A DNA stretch of 62,370 nucleotides, counting the filler. It is 6 parts of 6 records of this genome, joined end to end, with 100 filler letters (N's around TTAATTAATTAA, not from the genome) between each part and the next. Parts side by side here need not be neighbours in the genome. Positions count along the whole stretch, not along the records: positions 7,896 to 30,764 come from SRR31147125_18441; positions 30,865 to 41,774 come from SRR31147125_18452; 4 more parts are not named here. One strand, written 5' to 3'. How positions within the stretch are numbered: the first letter of the stretch is position 1; each line of letters begins with the position of its first letter. This document shows positions 21,118-32,607 of the stretch, piece by piece. The notes below the pieces were generated by a model. That model was not told the DNA's origin. It saw only the letters and a program-made list of their open reading frames with translations, and searched no databases. The translations under genes were made by a program, and so were the position numbers.

Positions 21118-23246
21118 ATGAACGAAAAAAAGTTTATGAAACGACACTAGGTGGTCGCCCACTAAGTGTTGAAATTGGCGAAGTTGCTAAACAAGCCAAT
21201 GGTGCCGCACTCATTAAGTATGGCGATTCTGTTGTCCTAAGTGTTGTGACAGCTAAAAATGAACCATCAAAAGGGGATTTCTTCCCATTAATGGTAATTT
21301 ATCAAGAAAAAATGTATGCGGCAGGTAAAATTCCTGGCGGTTTCTTGAAAAGAGAAGGTAGACCTTCAATGCATGAAACATTAACATCAAGACTGATCGA
21401 TAGACCGTTACGTCCTTTATTCCCTGCTGGGTTTAAAAATGATGTACAGGTTGTTAATACAGTATTAAGTAGTGACCTAAATTGTACACCTGAAATGGCT
21501 TCAATGATGGGATCATCATTAGTATTAGGTATTTCTAATATTCCATTTGGTGGACCAGTTGCTGGTGTTCAGGTTGGACGTGTTGATGGTGAGTACATCA
21601 TTAATCCAACACCTGAACAACTAGAAGTTAGTGATATTGATTTAATTGTATCTGGAACAAAAGATGCGATTAATATGGTTGAAGCTGGTGCGAAACAAGT
21701 TTCAGAAGAAGCAATGTTAGGTGCAATTTTATTTGGACATGATGCCATTAAAGCATTAGTTGCATTCCAAGAAACTATTATTGCAGATGTTAATCCTGAA
21801 AAAATGGATTATGTTGTATTAGAAATTCCCGAAGATTTAAAAGCTGAAGTATGTGCAGTTGCTGAAAAATCTTTAGTAGAAGCTGTATCAATCGTTGATA
21901 AATTAGAAAGATATAGAAAAATTGATGCGATTATTAGCGAAACAAAAGAAAAATTCGGAGATAAAGCATTCTTTAAAGTTTATGAAGGCAAAGAAGTATT
22001 TGATAAAGATGCACACAATACATATATGCAACAACTTGATGCAATCTTAAACGGTATTGTCACTAAAGAATTAAGACGATTAATTACAGAAGATAAAGTA
22101 AGACCAGATGGTAGAAAAATTGATGAAATCAGACCACTTGCATCACGTGTTGATTTATTACCACGTGCTCATGGATCTGCATTATTCACACGTGGTCAAA
22201 CACAAGCATTAGGATCAGTGACTTTAGGTGCACTTGGTGAAGGTAAAATGGTTGATGGTTTAGGTGAAACTGAAACAAAACGTTTTATGTTACATTATAA
22301 CTTCCCACCATTCTCAGTTGGTGAAACAGGTCGTTATGGTTCACCAGGACGTCGTGAAATTGGTCATGGTGCGCTTGGACAACGTGCGTTAGAACAAGTA
22401 CTACCGGATGAAGAAAAATTCCCATATTCAATTAGAATTGTATCTGAAATTCTAGAATCAAATGGATCAAGTTCACAAGCTACTATTTGTGCAGGTTCTA
22501 TGGCTTTAATGGCTGCTGGTGTACCTATTGATGGTGCAGTTGCAGGTATTGCGATGGGTCTTATTATGGAAGGCGACAACTATACAATCTTAAGTGATAT
22601 CCAAGGTATGGAAGATCATGAAGGTGATATGGACTTTAAAGTTGCTGGTACAGAAAAAGGTATTACAGCATTACAAATGGATATTAAAATTTTAGGTATT
22701 ACAAGAGAAATCTTAGAAGAAGCATTAGAACAAGCAAGAAAATCTAGATTACACATCTTAGGTCATATGAATGAAGTGATTTCAGAAACAAGAGATGACT
22801 TATCAGCATATGCACCTAAAGTTAAAATGGTTAAAATTAAACCAGATAAAATCCGTGATGTTATTGGATCTGGTGGTAAAATTATTTCACAAATCATTGA
22901 AGACTATGATCAAGTTAAAATTGACATTGAACAAGATGGTCGCGTATTTATTATGCATTCAGATTCTAAAATTATTAAAGCAGTTGCAGAAAAAATTGAA
23001 AGTTTGGTTAAAGAAGCAGAAGTTGGCAAAATTTATGAAGGTAAAGTTGTTAGAATTGAAAAATTCGGTTGCTTTGTTGAATTATGGCCAGGTACTCAAG
23101 GATTAGTACATATTTCAAGATTAGCAAAAGAAAGAGTTGCTAAAACTGAAGATGTTGTTGCTATGGGTGATCAAATATTAGTTAAATGTATTGGTATTGA
23201 TGATAAAGGTAGAATTGATTTATCAAGAAAAGATGCACTTAAATAA
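21118..23246 (+). CDS. pnp: Polyribonucleotide nucleotidyltransferase (apparent 1-nt deletion in A7 at 21125-21131)
   Basis: SD AAGGAG plus ATG 21118, restored [57 protein letters not shown] and S1 domains. Confidence 0.96.
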
Positions 23247-23250
23247 TCAA

Positions 23251-23279
23251 TTGCAACAAATATATTTTCATGATATAAT
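23251..23279 (+). promoter_or_regulatory. Sigma-A promoter of rnpB
   Basis: TTGCAA-N17-TATAAT with extended TG, 7 nt before the RNase P P1 helix. Confidence 0.75.
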
Positions 23280-23285
23280 AATTGC

Positions 23286-23625
23286 ACGTTAATGGAAGGT
23301 GACCGAGCCGAAAGGTTAGGAAAGTCCATGCTAGCACATGCTGAGATGCATGTAGTGTTTGTGCCTAAGGAAATCATAACTTAGGGTATGTCTTTGACAT
23401 AACGGCGTCTGATTGTTCTATTTTAGAACTAGGATGTAACGTGCCACAGAAACGAGCCATTTAGTGATAAATGGATGAAACGCGGTAAACCCCTCAAGCT
23501 AGCAACCCAAAATTAGGTAGGGGCACATATGACATCTAATTGAAGATAACATATGCTACTTTGTAGAGATAAATGGTCACAATCTATTTAATAGATAACA
23601 GAACATGGCTTATGCACATTAACGT
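23286..23625 (+). ncRNA. rnpB: RNase P RNA, bacterial type B
   Basis: P1 ACGTTAATG/CATTAACGT; AGGAAAGTCCATGCTAGCAC, GTGCCACAGAAACG, GAAACGCGGTAAACCCCTCAAGCTAGCAAC, ACAGAACATGGCTTA. Confidence 0.95.
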
Positions 23626-23629
23626 ATTT

Positions 23630-23653
23630 AAGGTCCCTTTTTGGGGCCTTTTT
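23630..23653 (+). terminator. Terminator after rnpB
   Basis: AAGGTCCC-TTTTT-GGGGCCTTTTT. Confidence 0.75.
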
Positions 23654-23677
23654 ATATATGAGAAAGGTTTTGATTAT

Positions 23678-24322
23678 ATGATATTTAAAAGAAATAATAT
23701 AGAGATCTATTATCGTGTTATTGGCTCTGGTAAGCCTTTGTTGCTTTTACATGGCAATGGTGAGGATCATCATACTTTTGATGTATTGGTGGAGCAATTA
23801 AAACATCGCTATACATGCTATCAAATTGATAGTAGATGTCATGGTAAAAGCAGTCACCACCTAGATATATCTTTTGACCTGATGCGAGATGATATACTTG
23901 CTTTTTGTCTAGCTTTAAATCTTCATGATATTGATGTGATAGGTTTTTCAGATGGTGGGATTATTGGATTAAAATTAGCAATAAAACAACCTCAACTCAT
24001 CCATAATCTATATATACTTGGTGCTAATTTTCATCCAAAAGGCATTGAAAAGAAGATGTATAAACAATTAAAATTATGGTATAAAAAAGAAAAAAGCCCA
24101 ATGATCAAGTTAATGATCAATGAACCTCATATTTCAGTTAAACAATTAAACAAGATTAAAGCAAATACATTTATATTTGCGGGAGAATTTGATGTGATTA
24201 AGCGTCGTCATACGCATAAACTACATCGATATATTGAACAAAGCCAATGCTATATCATCAAAGGACACACACATGAAAGTTATGTGATGAATAGTGATTT
24301 ACTAAATTCATATATTAAATAA
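23678..24322 (+). CDS. Alpha/beta hydrolase
   Basis: LLLHGNGE, DSRCHGKS, GFSDGG nucleophile elbow; SD AAAGG before ATG 23678. Confidence 0.88.
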   Translation: MIFKRNNIEIYYRVIGSGKPLLLLHGNGEDHHTFDVLVEQLKHRYTCYQIDSRCHGKSSHHLDISFDLMRDDILAFCLALNLHDIDVIGFSDGGIIGLKLAIKQPQLIHNLYILGANFHPKGIEKKMYKQLKLWYKKEKSPMIKLMINEPHISVKQLNKIKANTFIFAGEFDVIKRRHTHKLHRYIEQSQCYIIKGHTHESYVMNSDLLNSYIK

Positions 24323-25307
24323 CACCAAATGTTCTTAAGATGATGTATGTAATGTATGACACATACAAAATAAGTAAAATATAACCAGTTTTCTTACTTA
24401 GTGTATGTCTAAGTTTACTGATTGTAAACACACATAAAGTAATACCAATGACAATAACTAAATCAATAGCAACACCTTTAGAAATACCTAGAGGTGTAAC
24501 CACCCCTGATAAACCGACAACTAATAAAGTGTTAAAAACATTAGAGCCAATCACATTACCAAATGCAATATCAGATTCTCCTTTTTTAGCAGCAACAACG
24601 GATGTCACGAGCTCAGGAAGAGAAGTACCTAGTGCAACCACACTTAAACCAATAAAGGCTTGTGCATCTGATCGATTAATACCAAAACCTTCAGTTAATA
24701 GATTTACTGATAAGTATTCTGCAGCATTTGTTACGAGAATACCACCTATGGTCACACCAATTAAGCCAATAATAAGTAAGATGACAGCTTTTTTGGTATC
24801 AATGATGTGTATTTCCTCGAAAATATCTTCTTTATCACTTTTATACATCATATACATATACAAGATAAAACAAATAAATAATATCGCTGCTTCAATTTGT
24901 GAGATTTCACGATTGGATTGAAAAAATAACCCTAAAACTGCGATTAATATCGTAATAAAAATAAGAAATGGGAATTCTTTTCTTAACATAGATTTCTTAA
25001 CGGCTATAGGCATCATGACGGCACTAGCCCCTAGAATAAGTGTTAAGTTAGCAATATTGGAACCCAAAATATTACCAAGTGCAATATCTGCTGTCGTACC
25101 ATCTGCTTTAGCAGCAATGGATGCAGAAAAACTTACAGCAAGTTCAGGCAGTGATGTACCAAAGGCAACAAGTGTCAAACCTATGATCAGTGTTGGGACT
25201 TTAAGTTTCTTTGCAATTGATGACGAAGAATCCACAAAAAAATCCGCACCTTTTATTAGTAAAACAAAACCTATAATAAGTAATATAATGTATAAAAATG
25301 TTTCCAT
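24315..25307 (-). CDS. Calcium/sodium antiporter (YrbG/CaCA family)
   Basis: Two repeats GTSLPEL...GNILGSNI and GTSLPEL...GNVIGSNV. Confidence 0.92.
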   Translation of the reverse strand: METFLYIILLIIGFVLLIKGADFFVDSSSSIAKKLKVPTLIIGLTLVAFGTSLPELAVSFSASIAAKADGTTADIALGNILGSNIANLTLILGASAVMMPIAVKKSMLRKEFPFLIFITILIAVLGLFFQSNREISQIEAAILFICFILYMYMMYKSDKEDIFEEIHIIDTKKAVILLIIGLIGVTIGGILVTNAAEYLSVNLLTEGFGINRSDAQAFIGLSVVALGTSLPELVTSVVAAKKGESDIAFGNVIGSNVFNTLLVVGLSGVVTPLGISKGVAIDLVIVIGITLCVFTISKLRHTLSKKTGYILLILYVSYITYIILRTFGVI

Positions 25308-25426
25308 ATTGTCTTTCTCTTTTCTAGTCAAAAATTATAAACATAACTATGTATTATTTTAGCACAAATAAGGCATGATAACAACACATAATCATAGATT
25401 AAATGCGAGGATTTATAGGCTACAGG

Positions 25427-25455
25427 TTGACTTTTTGGCAAAAAAATTGTATGAT
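25427..25455 (+). promoter_or_regulatory. Sigma-A promoter upstream of the CNNM pair
   Basis: TTGACT-N17-TATGAT. Confidence 0.65.
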
Positions 25456-25492
25456 AAAGTCATAATTTATTTACGGAGGATTCCAGCACTAA

Positions 25493-25615
25493 ATGGACGA
25501 GAACAGTAGTAGGATCGACGATCCAACATATCAGAGTAACAAAGACATTAAGCAAACATCTTTTTTTGGTGTCTTTTTTTGTAGTATAAGAGGTGATAAC
25601 GATGATACTATCTAG
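25493..25615 (+). promoter_or_regulatory. Putative leader peptide ORF with overlapping terminator hairpin (attenuator)
   Basis: GGAGGA at 25475, ATG 25493 (MDENSSRIDDPTY...); hairpin AAAGACATTAA/TTGGTGTCTTT plus T-tract at 25541-25580. Confidence 0.4.
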
Positions 25616-26897
25616 TATTTTAGTTGTTGTCTTTATTTTTATCGTGGCATTATTAAGTTGTGGTCAAGCTGCACTTGTGGCAGTAAGTAACTCACAGGTT
25701 GAATTAGATGTCGAAGAAGGTAACAAAAAAGCAATTAGAGTAGATAAAATCAATCGTAAGCTAGCAAAGTATTTAAATAGTATTCAATCAAATATTGCTA
25801 TTTTTATATTTGCAATTGGGGGAATTACGTATTCTCATATATCTAGACCTATCATGGTTGCACTTGATGAACCAGTATTTTTAATTCATGCTTTATTAGT
25901 GTTTGCAATCGGATTAATACTATTATTAATAGTAGTTGTATTTGGTCGAATGATTCCTAAAAGGATTGCTAATAAACATCCACAAGAAGTCGCGTATTTC
26001 GTTGCTGGATTTGTGATATTCTTATCGCGTTTAATGTCTCCTTTTGAGTATTTATTTTCAAAAACATCCATACTATTTGGTCACTTATTTGGTCTATCTG
26101 AAAAAGATGGAGAACGTTTGATGACCGAAGAAGAAATAAGAAATATTGTTGATGAAAGTCTAAAAAGTGGTGAAATTGAAGCATCTGAAAGTCAAATGAT
26201 TCAAAATGTGTTTGATTTTAGTGATACATTGGTTGAAGAAATTATGACACATAGAACAGAAATTGCAGCTCTTAATATTGATGCTAGTAAGCAAGATGTA
26301 TTAAAATATATGCAAGAAGAACATTTTACAAGATATCCAGTTTATGAAAAAGATGTTGATCATATTATTGGTACTGTTCATGCGAAAGACATGCTAAAAT
26401 ATGCGGATGGTGAAAGTGGATTTTCACTCAAAGATATTTTAAGAGAACCTATATTCATCCCAGATTCTAAAATAACAAGTGATTTATTTAAAGAAATGCA
26501 AGTATTAAAAAATCATATAGCAATTGTACTTGATGAGTATGGTGGTACTGCAGGACTTGTCACTATCGAAGATTTAGTTGAAGAAATTGTTGGTAATATC
26601 TTTGATGAATATGACGAAGAAGAGTTTGATGTACAAGAGATAGAAGATGATGTCTATATTGTCAATGGACTTGCAAATATTGATGATGTTGAAGATGAAA
26701 TTGACATCAATCTGCCTGTTGAAGATTATGATACGATTAGTGGTTTTATTCTTGGACAGCTGGGAAGATTTCCAGAAGAAGATGAAGATATTAATTTTAA
26801 ATATCATAAGCACCAATTTATTGTGCTTGAAATAGAAGAGAATGTTATAAAAAAAGTTAAAATTATAAAACACATTGAAGAAGGTGAAGAGGATTAA
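25602..26897 (+). CDS. CNNM/CorB (hemolysin-like, DUF21-CBS-CorC) Mg2+ transport family protein
   Basis: TM domain, FGRMIPKRIA, IMTHR, DEYGGTAGLVTIEDLVEEIVGNIFDEYD. Confidence 0.9.
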   Translation: MILSSILVVVFIFIVALLSCGQAALVAVSNSQVELDVEEGNKKAIRVDKINRKLAKYLNSIQSNIAIFIFAIGGITYSHISRPIMVALDEPVFLIHALLVFAIGLILLLIVVVFGRMIPKRIANKHPQEVAYFVAGFVIFLSRLMSPFEYLFSKTSILFGHLFGLSEKDGERLMTEEEIRNIVDESLKSGEIEASESQMIQNVFDFSDTLVEEIMTHRTEIAALNIDASKQDVLKYMQEEHFTRYPVYEKDVDHIIGTVHAKDMLKYADGESGFSLKDILREPIFIPDSKITSDLFKEMQVLKNHIAIVLDEYGGTAGLVTIEDLVEEIVGNIFDEYDEEEFDVQEIEDDVYIVNGLANIDDVEDEIDINLPVEDYDTISGFILGQLGRFPEEDEDINFKYHKHQFIVLEIEENVIKKVKIIKHIEEGEED

Positions 26898-28168
26898 TGG
26901 GGCCGCAAGATTATTTTCAAATTGCAATGCTTGTGATCTTAGTGATACTATCAGCGTTTTTCTCATCAACTGAGACAGCTTTTTCATCAATAAATAATAT
27001 TAAATTAAAACATATCATTCAAAATGAAGGATCAAAGCGTGCAGAAAAAACACTTTATTTATCCGAAAACTTTGAATCTGTGTTAACAACCATATTAATT
27101 GGTAATAATATTGCCAATATATTATCTGCATCAATTGCAACTATATTTTTTGTGAAACACATCAATGCACAAGCTGGTCCAGCAGTTGCAACTGCTGTCA
27201 TGACTATATTAGTACTTATGTTTGGTGAAATCACACCGAAATCATTTGCAAAACGCATACCTGAAAAATATGCAATGGCAGTGACACCTATACTTTCATT
27301 TTTCATGGTTATACTTAAACCATTTGAAATCATATTTGGGTCATTTCAAAAATTAATGACAAGATCGTTATCAGTTGAAGATGATGCAATTACTGAAGAT
27401 GAATTACTCACTTATGTAAGTGAGGTTCAAAATGATGGTGGTATTAACGAAAATGAAGAAGAACTAATTTCAAAAGTCATTGAATTTGATGATTTATTAG
27501 TCAAAGACATTGTCACACCAAGAATTAGTATTGTAGCAATCAACGAAAGTGATAAAAATGATGTGATTGTTAAAGCATTTAAAGAATCGGGATACTCAAG
27601 GTTACCCGTATTTGATACCAGTATTGACCATATCACAGGTGTCATCAATCATAAGGATTTTTATAATCGTGTGTTATTAGACCAGCAAAAGATTGAAGAT
27701 ATTATCACACCACCTGTGTTTGTCACAGAATTTATGAAAATTGTAAATTTACTTGATATGTTTAGAGCAACTAAATCCCATATGGCTGTTGTAAAAGATG
27801 AATTTGGTGGTACGATTGGTATTGTAACATTAGAGGATATATTAGAAGAATTAGTCGGTGACATTTGGGATGAACATGATGAAATTGTTGAGCAAATCAC
27901 ACAAATTGATGAATTGACATATAAGATTAAAGGACATACCGCTATTGATCGAGTTTTTGAACTCTTTGATATTAATGACTTAGATGCTGATTATTCAACG
28001 GTTAATGGGTGGGTCGTAGATGAAATTGGACACATTCCATTTATTGGTGAGTCATTCCAATATGAAAATCTATTTGTAAGTGTCACATCTGCGGATACAA
28101 AAAAGGTTTTAGAAATACTGATTAAGGTTCAAAATATAGAAGAAGAATTAGAAGAAATTATAGAATAG
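26897..28168 (+). CDS. Second CNNM/CorB family protein
   Basis: SAFFSSTETAF, TILIGNNIANI, FGEITPK, DEFGGTIGIVTLEDILEELVG. Confidence 0.92.
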   Translation: MGPQDYFQIAMLVILVILSAFFSSTETAFSSINNIKLKHIIQNEGSKRAEKTLYLSENFESVLTTILIGNNIANILSASIATIFFVKHINAQAGPAVATAVMTILVLMFGEITPKSFAKRIPEKYAMAVTPILSFFMVILKPFEIIFGSFQKLMTRSLSVEDDAITEDELLTYVSEVQNDGGINENEEELISKVIEFDDLLVKDIVTPRISIVAINESDKNDVIVKAFKESGYSRLPVFDTSIDHITGVINHKDFYNRVLLDQQKIEDIITPPVFVTEFMKIVNLLDMFRATKSHMAVVKDEFGGTIGIVTLEDILEELVGDIWDEHDEIVEQITQIDELTYKIKGHTAIDRVFELFDINDLDADYSTVNGWVVDEIGHIPFIGESFQYENLFVSVTSADTKKVLEILIKVQNIEEELEEIIE

Positions 28169-28235
28169 GTAATCCGCAAGGATTGCCTATTTTCTTAAAT
28201 AAAGCAAAAAAAATCTATCATATGATAGATTTTTT
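28163..28235. terminator. Two hairpin terminators between convergent genes
   Basis: AATAGGTAATCC-GCAA-GGATTGCCTATT and AAAAAATCTATCA-TA-TGATAGATTTTTT. Confidence 0.75.
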
Positions 28236-28252
28236 ATTTTAGTTTTTAATGA

Positions 28253-28993
28253 TTATTCGAATTCAGCCATTGCATTATCATATGCTCTTTCAGCAACATC
28301 GAAGTATTGTGCATAGTCAACAAGTGTAGCACCTGATACACCACCATCTACTACCCAGAAGCCATCATCATTTTGTTCATAAGAACCATCAAATGATGTG
28401 CCAACTAATGATTCGATTACTTCGTCCATTTGACCTGACCAATCCCAGTTATCGCCACCATAGTTAGTTCCTGACTTAGTCCATGCATCACCTTCTGGAG
28501 TTGCATAAGTTGCATGTTTTGTACCATCTGCATTAGCAATAAATACTGAACCATCTTGAGTACCTTCAACATATGCTTTAGCATTTTCTTCAATTGCTAC
28601 CCATTCTAATAAAGTATCACCAGCAGCATTTGTATATACAGGTAAACCAGTATATGCATCATCTGCCATTGCGCTACTTGCACCAGTAAATAACATATCG
28701 CCTACTTGGAAGTATTTAGCAAAAGCAGCATCACCATGTGAATTACCAAATACAACATCATCAGCATCTGCATAATCTGCAACATCGCCTAATTTAGCTG
28801 CATTAAATGGTAAATAGTATTCTTCGATTGATCCGCTTAATACTTCACCATCTTTATCAACTGTTAATTCAACAACACCAACATAGATTTTATGTGTAAT
28901 CCCATAACCACTCGCAGTAGCTTCTTTTGCGCCACATGCGACTAACGCTAAGCTTAAGAAAAGCATAGCAAAAAGTGCAAACATTTTTTTCAT
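28253..28993 (-). CDS. Acidic lipoprotein with a C-terminal SGAT (FMN-attachment-like) motif
   Basis: Lipobox LVAC; SD AGGAGG; VDGGVSGATL. Confidence 0.75.
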   Translation of the reverse strand: MKKMFALFAMLFLSLALVACGAKEATASGYGITHKIYVGVVELTVDKDGEVLSGSIEEYYLPFNAAKLGDVADYADADDVVFGNSHGDAAFAKYFQVGDMLFTGASSAMADDAYTGLPVYTNAAGDTLLEWVAIEENAKAYVEGTQDGSVFIANADGTKHATYATPEGDAWTKSGTNYGGDNWDWSGQMDEVIESLVGTSFDGSYEQNDDGFWVVDGGVSGATLVDYAQYFDVAERAYDNAMAEFE

Positions 28994-29197
28994 TATTTAA
29001 TTCCTCCTAATGTATTGTTTTTCCTATGCCTTTATTATACCAAAAATCAAGTGAGATGCAATCTTATTTATAAAATCAAAGATGTAAAACGTTTTCTATA
29101 TTCAAAAATCAAGAAAAATGAACAATAAATATTTACATGTCTATCAATAAATCATAATAAATGTTAAAATACTTTAGAAGAAAGGTTTGATTGATAG

Positions 29198-30764
29198 ATG
29201 ACGAAAAACGAAACACTTAATAAAAGACAAAAAATGATTAGAAACTTTTCTATCATTGCACATATTGATCACGGTAAGTCAACATTGGCTGACCGTATTT
29301 TAGAGCAAACAAAAACAGTTGCACTACGTGAAATGAAAGCTCAATTACTTGATTCTATGGACTTAGAAAGAGAACGTGGTATTACTATTAAACTAAATGC
29401 TGTTGAATTACAATATGAAGCAAAAGATGGACAAACATATATTATGCATCTTATTGATACCCCAGGTCATGTGGACTTTACCTATGAAGTATCAAGATCA
29501 CTGGCTGCATGTGAAGGTGCAGTTTTAGTTGTAGATGCTGCACAGGGTATTGAAGCTCAAACATTAGCCAACGTTTACTTAGCTATAGATAATGACTTAG
29601 AGATTATTCCTGTTATTAATAAGATAGATTTACCAAGTGCAGAACCTCAAAAAGTAATTAATGAAATTGAAGATGTCATAGGTATACCCGCGCAAGATGC
29701 TATTTTAGCATCAGCTAAAGCAGGTATTGGGATTCAAGATATTTTAGAACGTATTATTACAGAAGTTCCTGCACCTCAAGGTGATGCAAATGCGCCACTT
29801 CAAGCACTTGTATTTGATTCAGTGTTTGATGCATATAAAGGTGTTATTCCATCCATAAGAGTTATTAATGGTACCGTAAAAAAAGGTGATACCATAGAAT
29901 TTATGGCAACAAAAGCGAAATATGAAGTTGTTGATGTCGGTGTGCATACGCCTAAAATAGAAAAAAGAGACATATTAGGTCCTGGTGATGTTGGGTTTTT
30001 AACTGCATCAATTAAAGATATTAATACCGTGGCAGTCGGTGATACAGTAACACTTGCAAATCATCGAGCACTTTCACCACTTCCAGGTTATCGAAAAATG
30101 AATTCAGTAGTTTTTTGTGGATTATATCCAATTGACTCAGATCAATATAACGATTTAAAAGATGCATTAGAAAAACTTAAATTAAATGATGCATCCTTAT
30201 TATATGAACCAGAAACATCACAAGCTTTAGGTTTTGGTTTTAGAACAGGTTTCCTTGGATTGCTTCATATGGAAATTGTCCAAGAACGTATTCGCAGAGA
30301 GTTTGGCATTGAATTGATTGCTACTGCACCATCTGTTATATATAAAGTCTATTTAACTGATGGAACATCTTTAGAAATTGATAATCCTTCAAAATTACCT
30401 ACACCGCAAGAGATTGATCGTATTGAAGAGCCTTATGTAAAAGCAACTATTATGGCACCTAAAGATTATATAGGTCCAGTGATGGATATATGTCAGAGAA
30501 AACGTGGTATATTTGGTGATCTTAAATACATTGACGAAAATCGTGTGACAATCACCTATGAACTACCATTATCTGAGATTGTTTATGATTTCTTTGATAA
30601 ATTGAAGTCTTCAACAAAAGGATATGCATCATTTGATTATGAGATGCATGGTTATAAAACATCACGATTACAAAAAATGGATATCTTATTAAACGGTGAA
30701 GTTGTCGATGCACTTTCATTTATTGTTCACCGAGATTTTGCATATAATCGTGGTAAAGTCATTT
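29198..30764 (+). CDS. lepA: Elongation factor 4, 3'-truncated
   Basis: [48 protein letters not shown]. Confidence 0.97.
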
Positions 30765-30864
30765 NNNNNNNNNNNNNNNNNNNNNNNNNNNNNNNNNNNN
30801 NNNNNNNNTTAATTAATTAANNNNNNNNNNNNNNNNNNNNNNNNNNNNNNNNNNNNNNNNNNNN
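30765..30864. other. Artificial contig linker
   Basis: N44-TTAATTAATTAA-N44. Confidence 0.98.
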
Positions 30865-31336
30865 TTCATAATAATAAAACCTCCTTAGAATGTTATCAGA
30901 CGTTATTGTCTGATATGTAAATAGAACATTTTTTTACAGAACACTAATTGCATTTGAAGTCTACCACCATAAATTATAAGAATCAATAAAAAAACACTTC
31001 TTTTTAATTCTCTTTGTTAAATGAAGAATAAATTGTTTTTTAGCATCTTAATTTGCTTGGCTAAGATGGTTTTAGACTTTGTTAACGGATTTAAATAAGT
31101 TGTGTAGTTTTATTCAAAAAAATTAAAAAACTATTTTGAAAATGAGGCAAAACTATACTTCTGTAACTTATACAGAACAAAAAATATTTATTCAGCACAC
31201 ACCTTACATAAATAAATATACTATATGTACATTTTAAAGTCAAGAAAAAATATTGTTTTTTGAAATTAATTGAGCTTTTATAAAGTGGGTGATAAGCGTA
31301 AATAAAAGAGAAAAGTTAGTATTTACTGGAAATAAA

Positions 31337-31368
31337 AAACTTTCCTATGAAAAAATATAGGAAAGTTT
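31337..31368 (-). terminator. Terminator downstream of the last beta-barrel paralog
   Basis: AAACTTTCCTAT...ATAGGAAAGTTT with T-tract on the minus strand. Confidence 0.65.
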
Positions 31369-31442
31369 ATTTAAAAAATTATTATTTTTTATGAACCAAG
31401 AATTAATTAACTAAATTAATATAGTTAGTAGAAGTTATTTAA

Positions 31443-32429
31443 TTAATAGAAGAATATTGAGAAACCAAATGAAAACACTGGTAAAGGAGCATAACCTAAA
31501 ATATCTTGAACAGCACCTAAACCACTCTCCTCTACAAGTGTATCAATTTCACTTTGAATGTCGCCCATGAAATCGTCAGGATTTGGAATAGAACTAAAGG
31601 GGTTATCTGAACTATCACTAGACTTAGCAACACTTCCAGACAAATCATCTTGGGTTATACCATATTGTTCCAGAAGTCCTTCTTCCTCCAAAGCTTCGTA
31701 TAGTTCAAAAGGATCCCCAGAAGCAATAGCTTCCTGAACGGCAGGACTACTTAAAGCTTCTTCTGCTTCTGCTCTAGCAGTTGCGTCTTCGATATAAAAA
31801 TCGCTGCTTGGATCAGCAAGACCAGTTGAAGCTTCGGAGATAAAGCTGCTTAAAGCTTCAGCTTCCATAGATATATCATAATCAATTAAACTATCACCAG
31901 TAATTTTAGGTATAAATTGTATTCCAGCTGTAAAATCTAGGCTTAAAAATTCTTCATAAGAATATCCCCAACCAAAACCAATATATGGAAGGGATGAACC
32001 AGTATTTATTACAATTGTTCCTGAGATATCAGAAGTAGCATCAGGGTTTTCATCATCTAGAGAGATTCCTTCTCCTTCTATTTCAATATAAATATCGCTA
32101 AGGTTATACACATATCCGGCACTAACTCTAAAGCCGCTTGCAAATGGATGAAAATGAAGGAGAGCTTTTCCGGAAGAGATTTTAAAAGTACCAGAACTTT
32201 CAATCTCTTGGTCTTCATCACCACTTGTCATTACAATATTTTCAAGCCCCATATTATTATATTCTAGAGATGAACTAAAATAATCGTTAAAGCGGTAAAT
32301 TCCTTTTACTTCATAACCACCTGAGCCAATTCCAAAACCCAAGCCTGTATGCTCATTTAATATTCCTATAGAAAATATATTTTGAATAGATAATAAAAAA
32401 ATCAAAATGAAACAGCTTTTTTTATTCAT
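31443..32429 (-). CDS. Outer-membrane beta-barrel, CarO-like, paralog A
   Basis: Signal peptide; GLGFGIGSGGY, HPFASGFR, PYIGFGWG; C-terminal LPVFSFGFSIFFY. Confidence 0.7.
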   Translation of the reverse strand: MNKKSCFILIFLLSIQNIFSIGILNEHTGLGFGIGSGGYEVKGIYRFNDYFSSSLEYNNMGLENIVMTSGDEDQEIESSGTFKISSGKALLHFHPFASGFRVSAGYVYNLSDIYIEIEGEGISLDDENPDATSDISGTIVINTGSSLPYIGFGWGYSYEEFLSLDFTAGIQFIPKITGDSLIDYDISMEAEALSSFISEASTGLADPSSDFYIEDATARAEAEEALSSPAVQEAIASGDPFELYEALEEEGLLEQYGITQDDLSGSVAKSSDSSDNPFSSIPNPDDFMGDIQSEIDTLVEESGLGAVQDILGYAPLPVFSFGFSIFFY

Positions 32430-32607
32430 AATTTTTTCTCCTCGTAAGTGTATTCTATCACCATTTTATATTTTTTTGACTCTTTAGTAAAGCATAGTTT
32501 TAATAATCATATAAATATTATCGTAACAAAAAACACTTTTCTTTATCGCTCTTTCATAGAGGATAAAAAAAAGTGCTAATTTTTATATTACTTACTTCGT
32601 AATGTTA

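Noticed and set aside
6161-21131. lptE, TPR gene, lspA and pnp as pseudogenes or phase-variable genes
   Set aside because: Each is repaired by one base in a homopolymer, and the pattern recurs in unrelated contigs
23171-23677. ORF 23171-23377 and the N-terminal extension of the hydrolase ORF from 23573
   Set aside because: They overlap the RNase P RNA and its terminator
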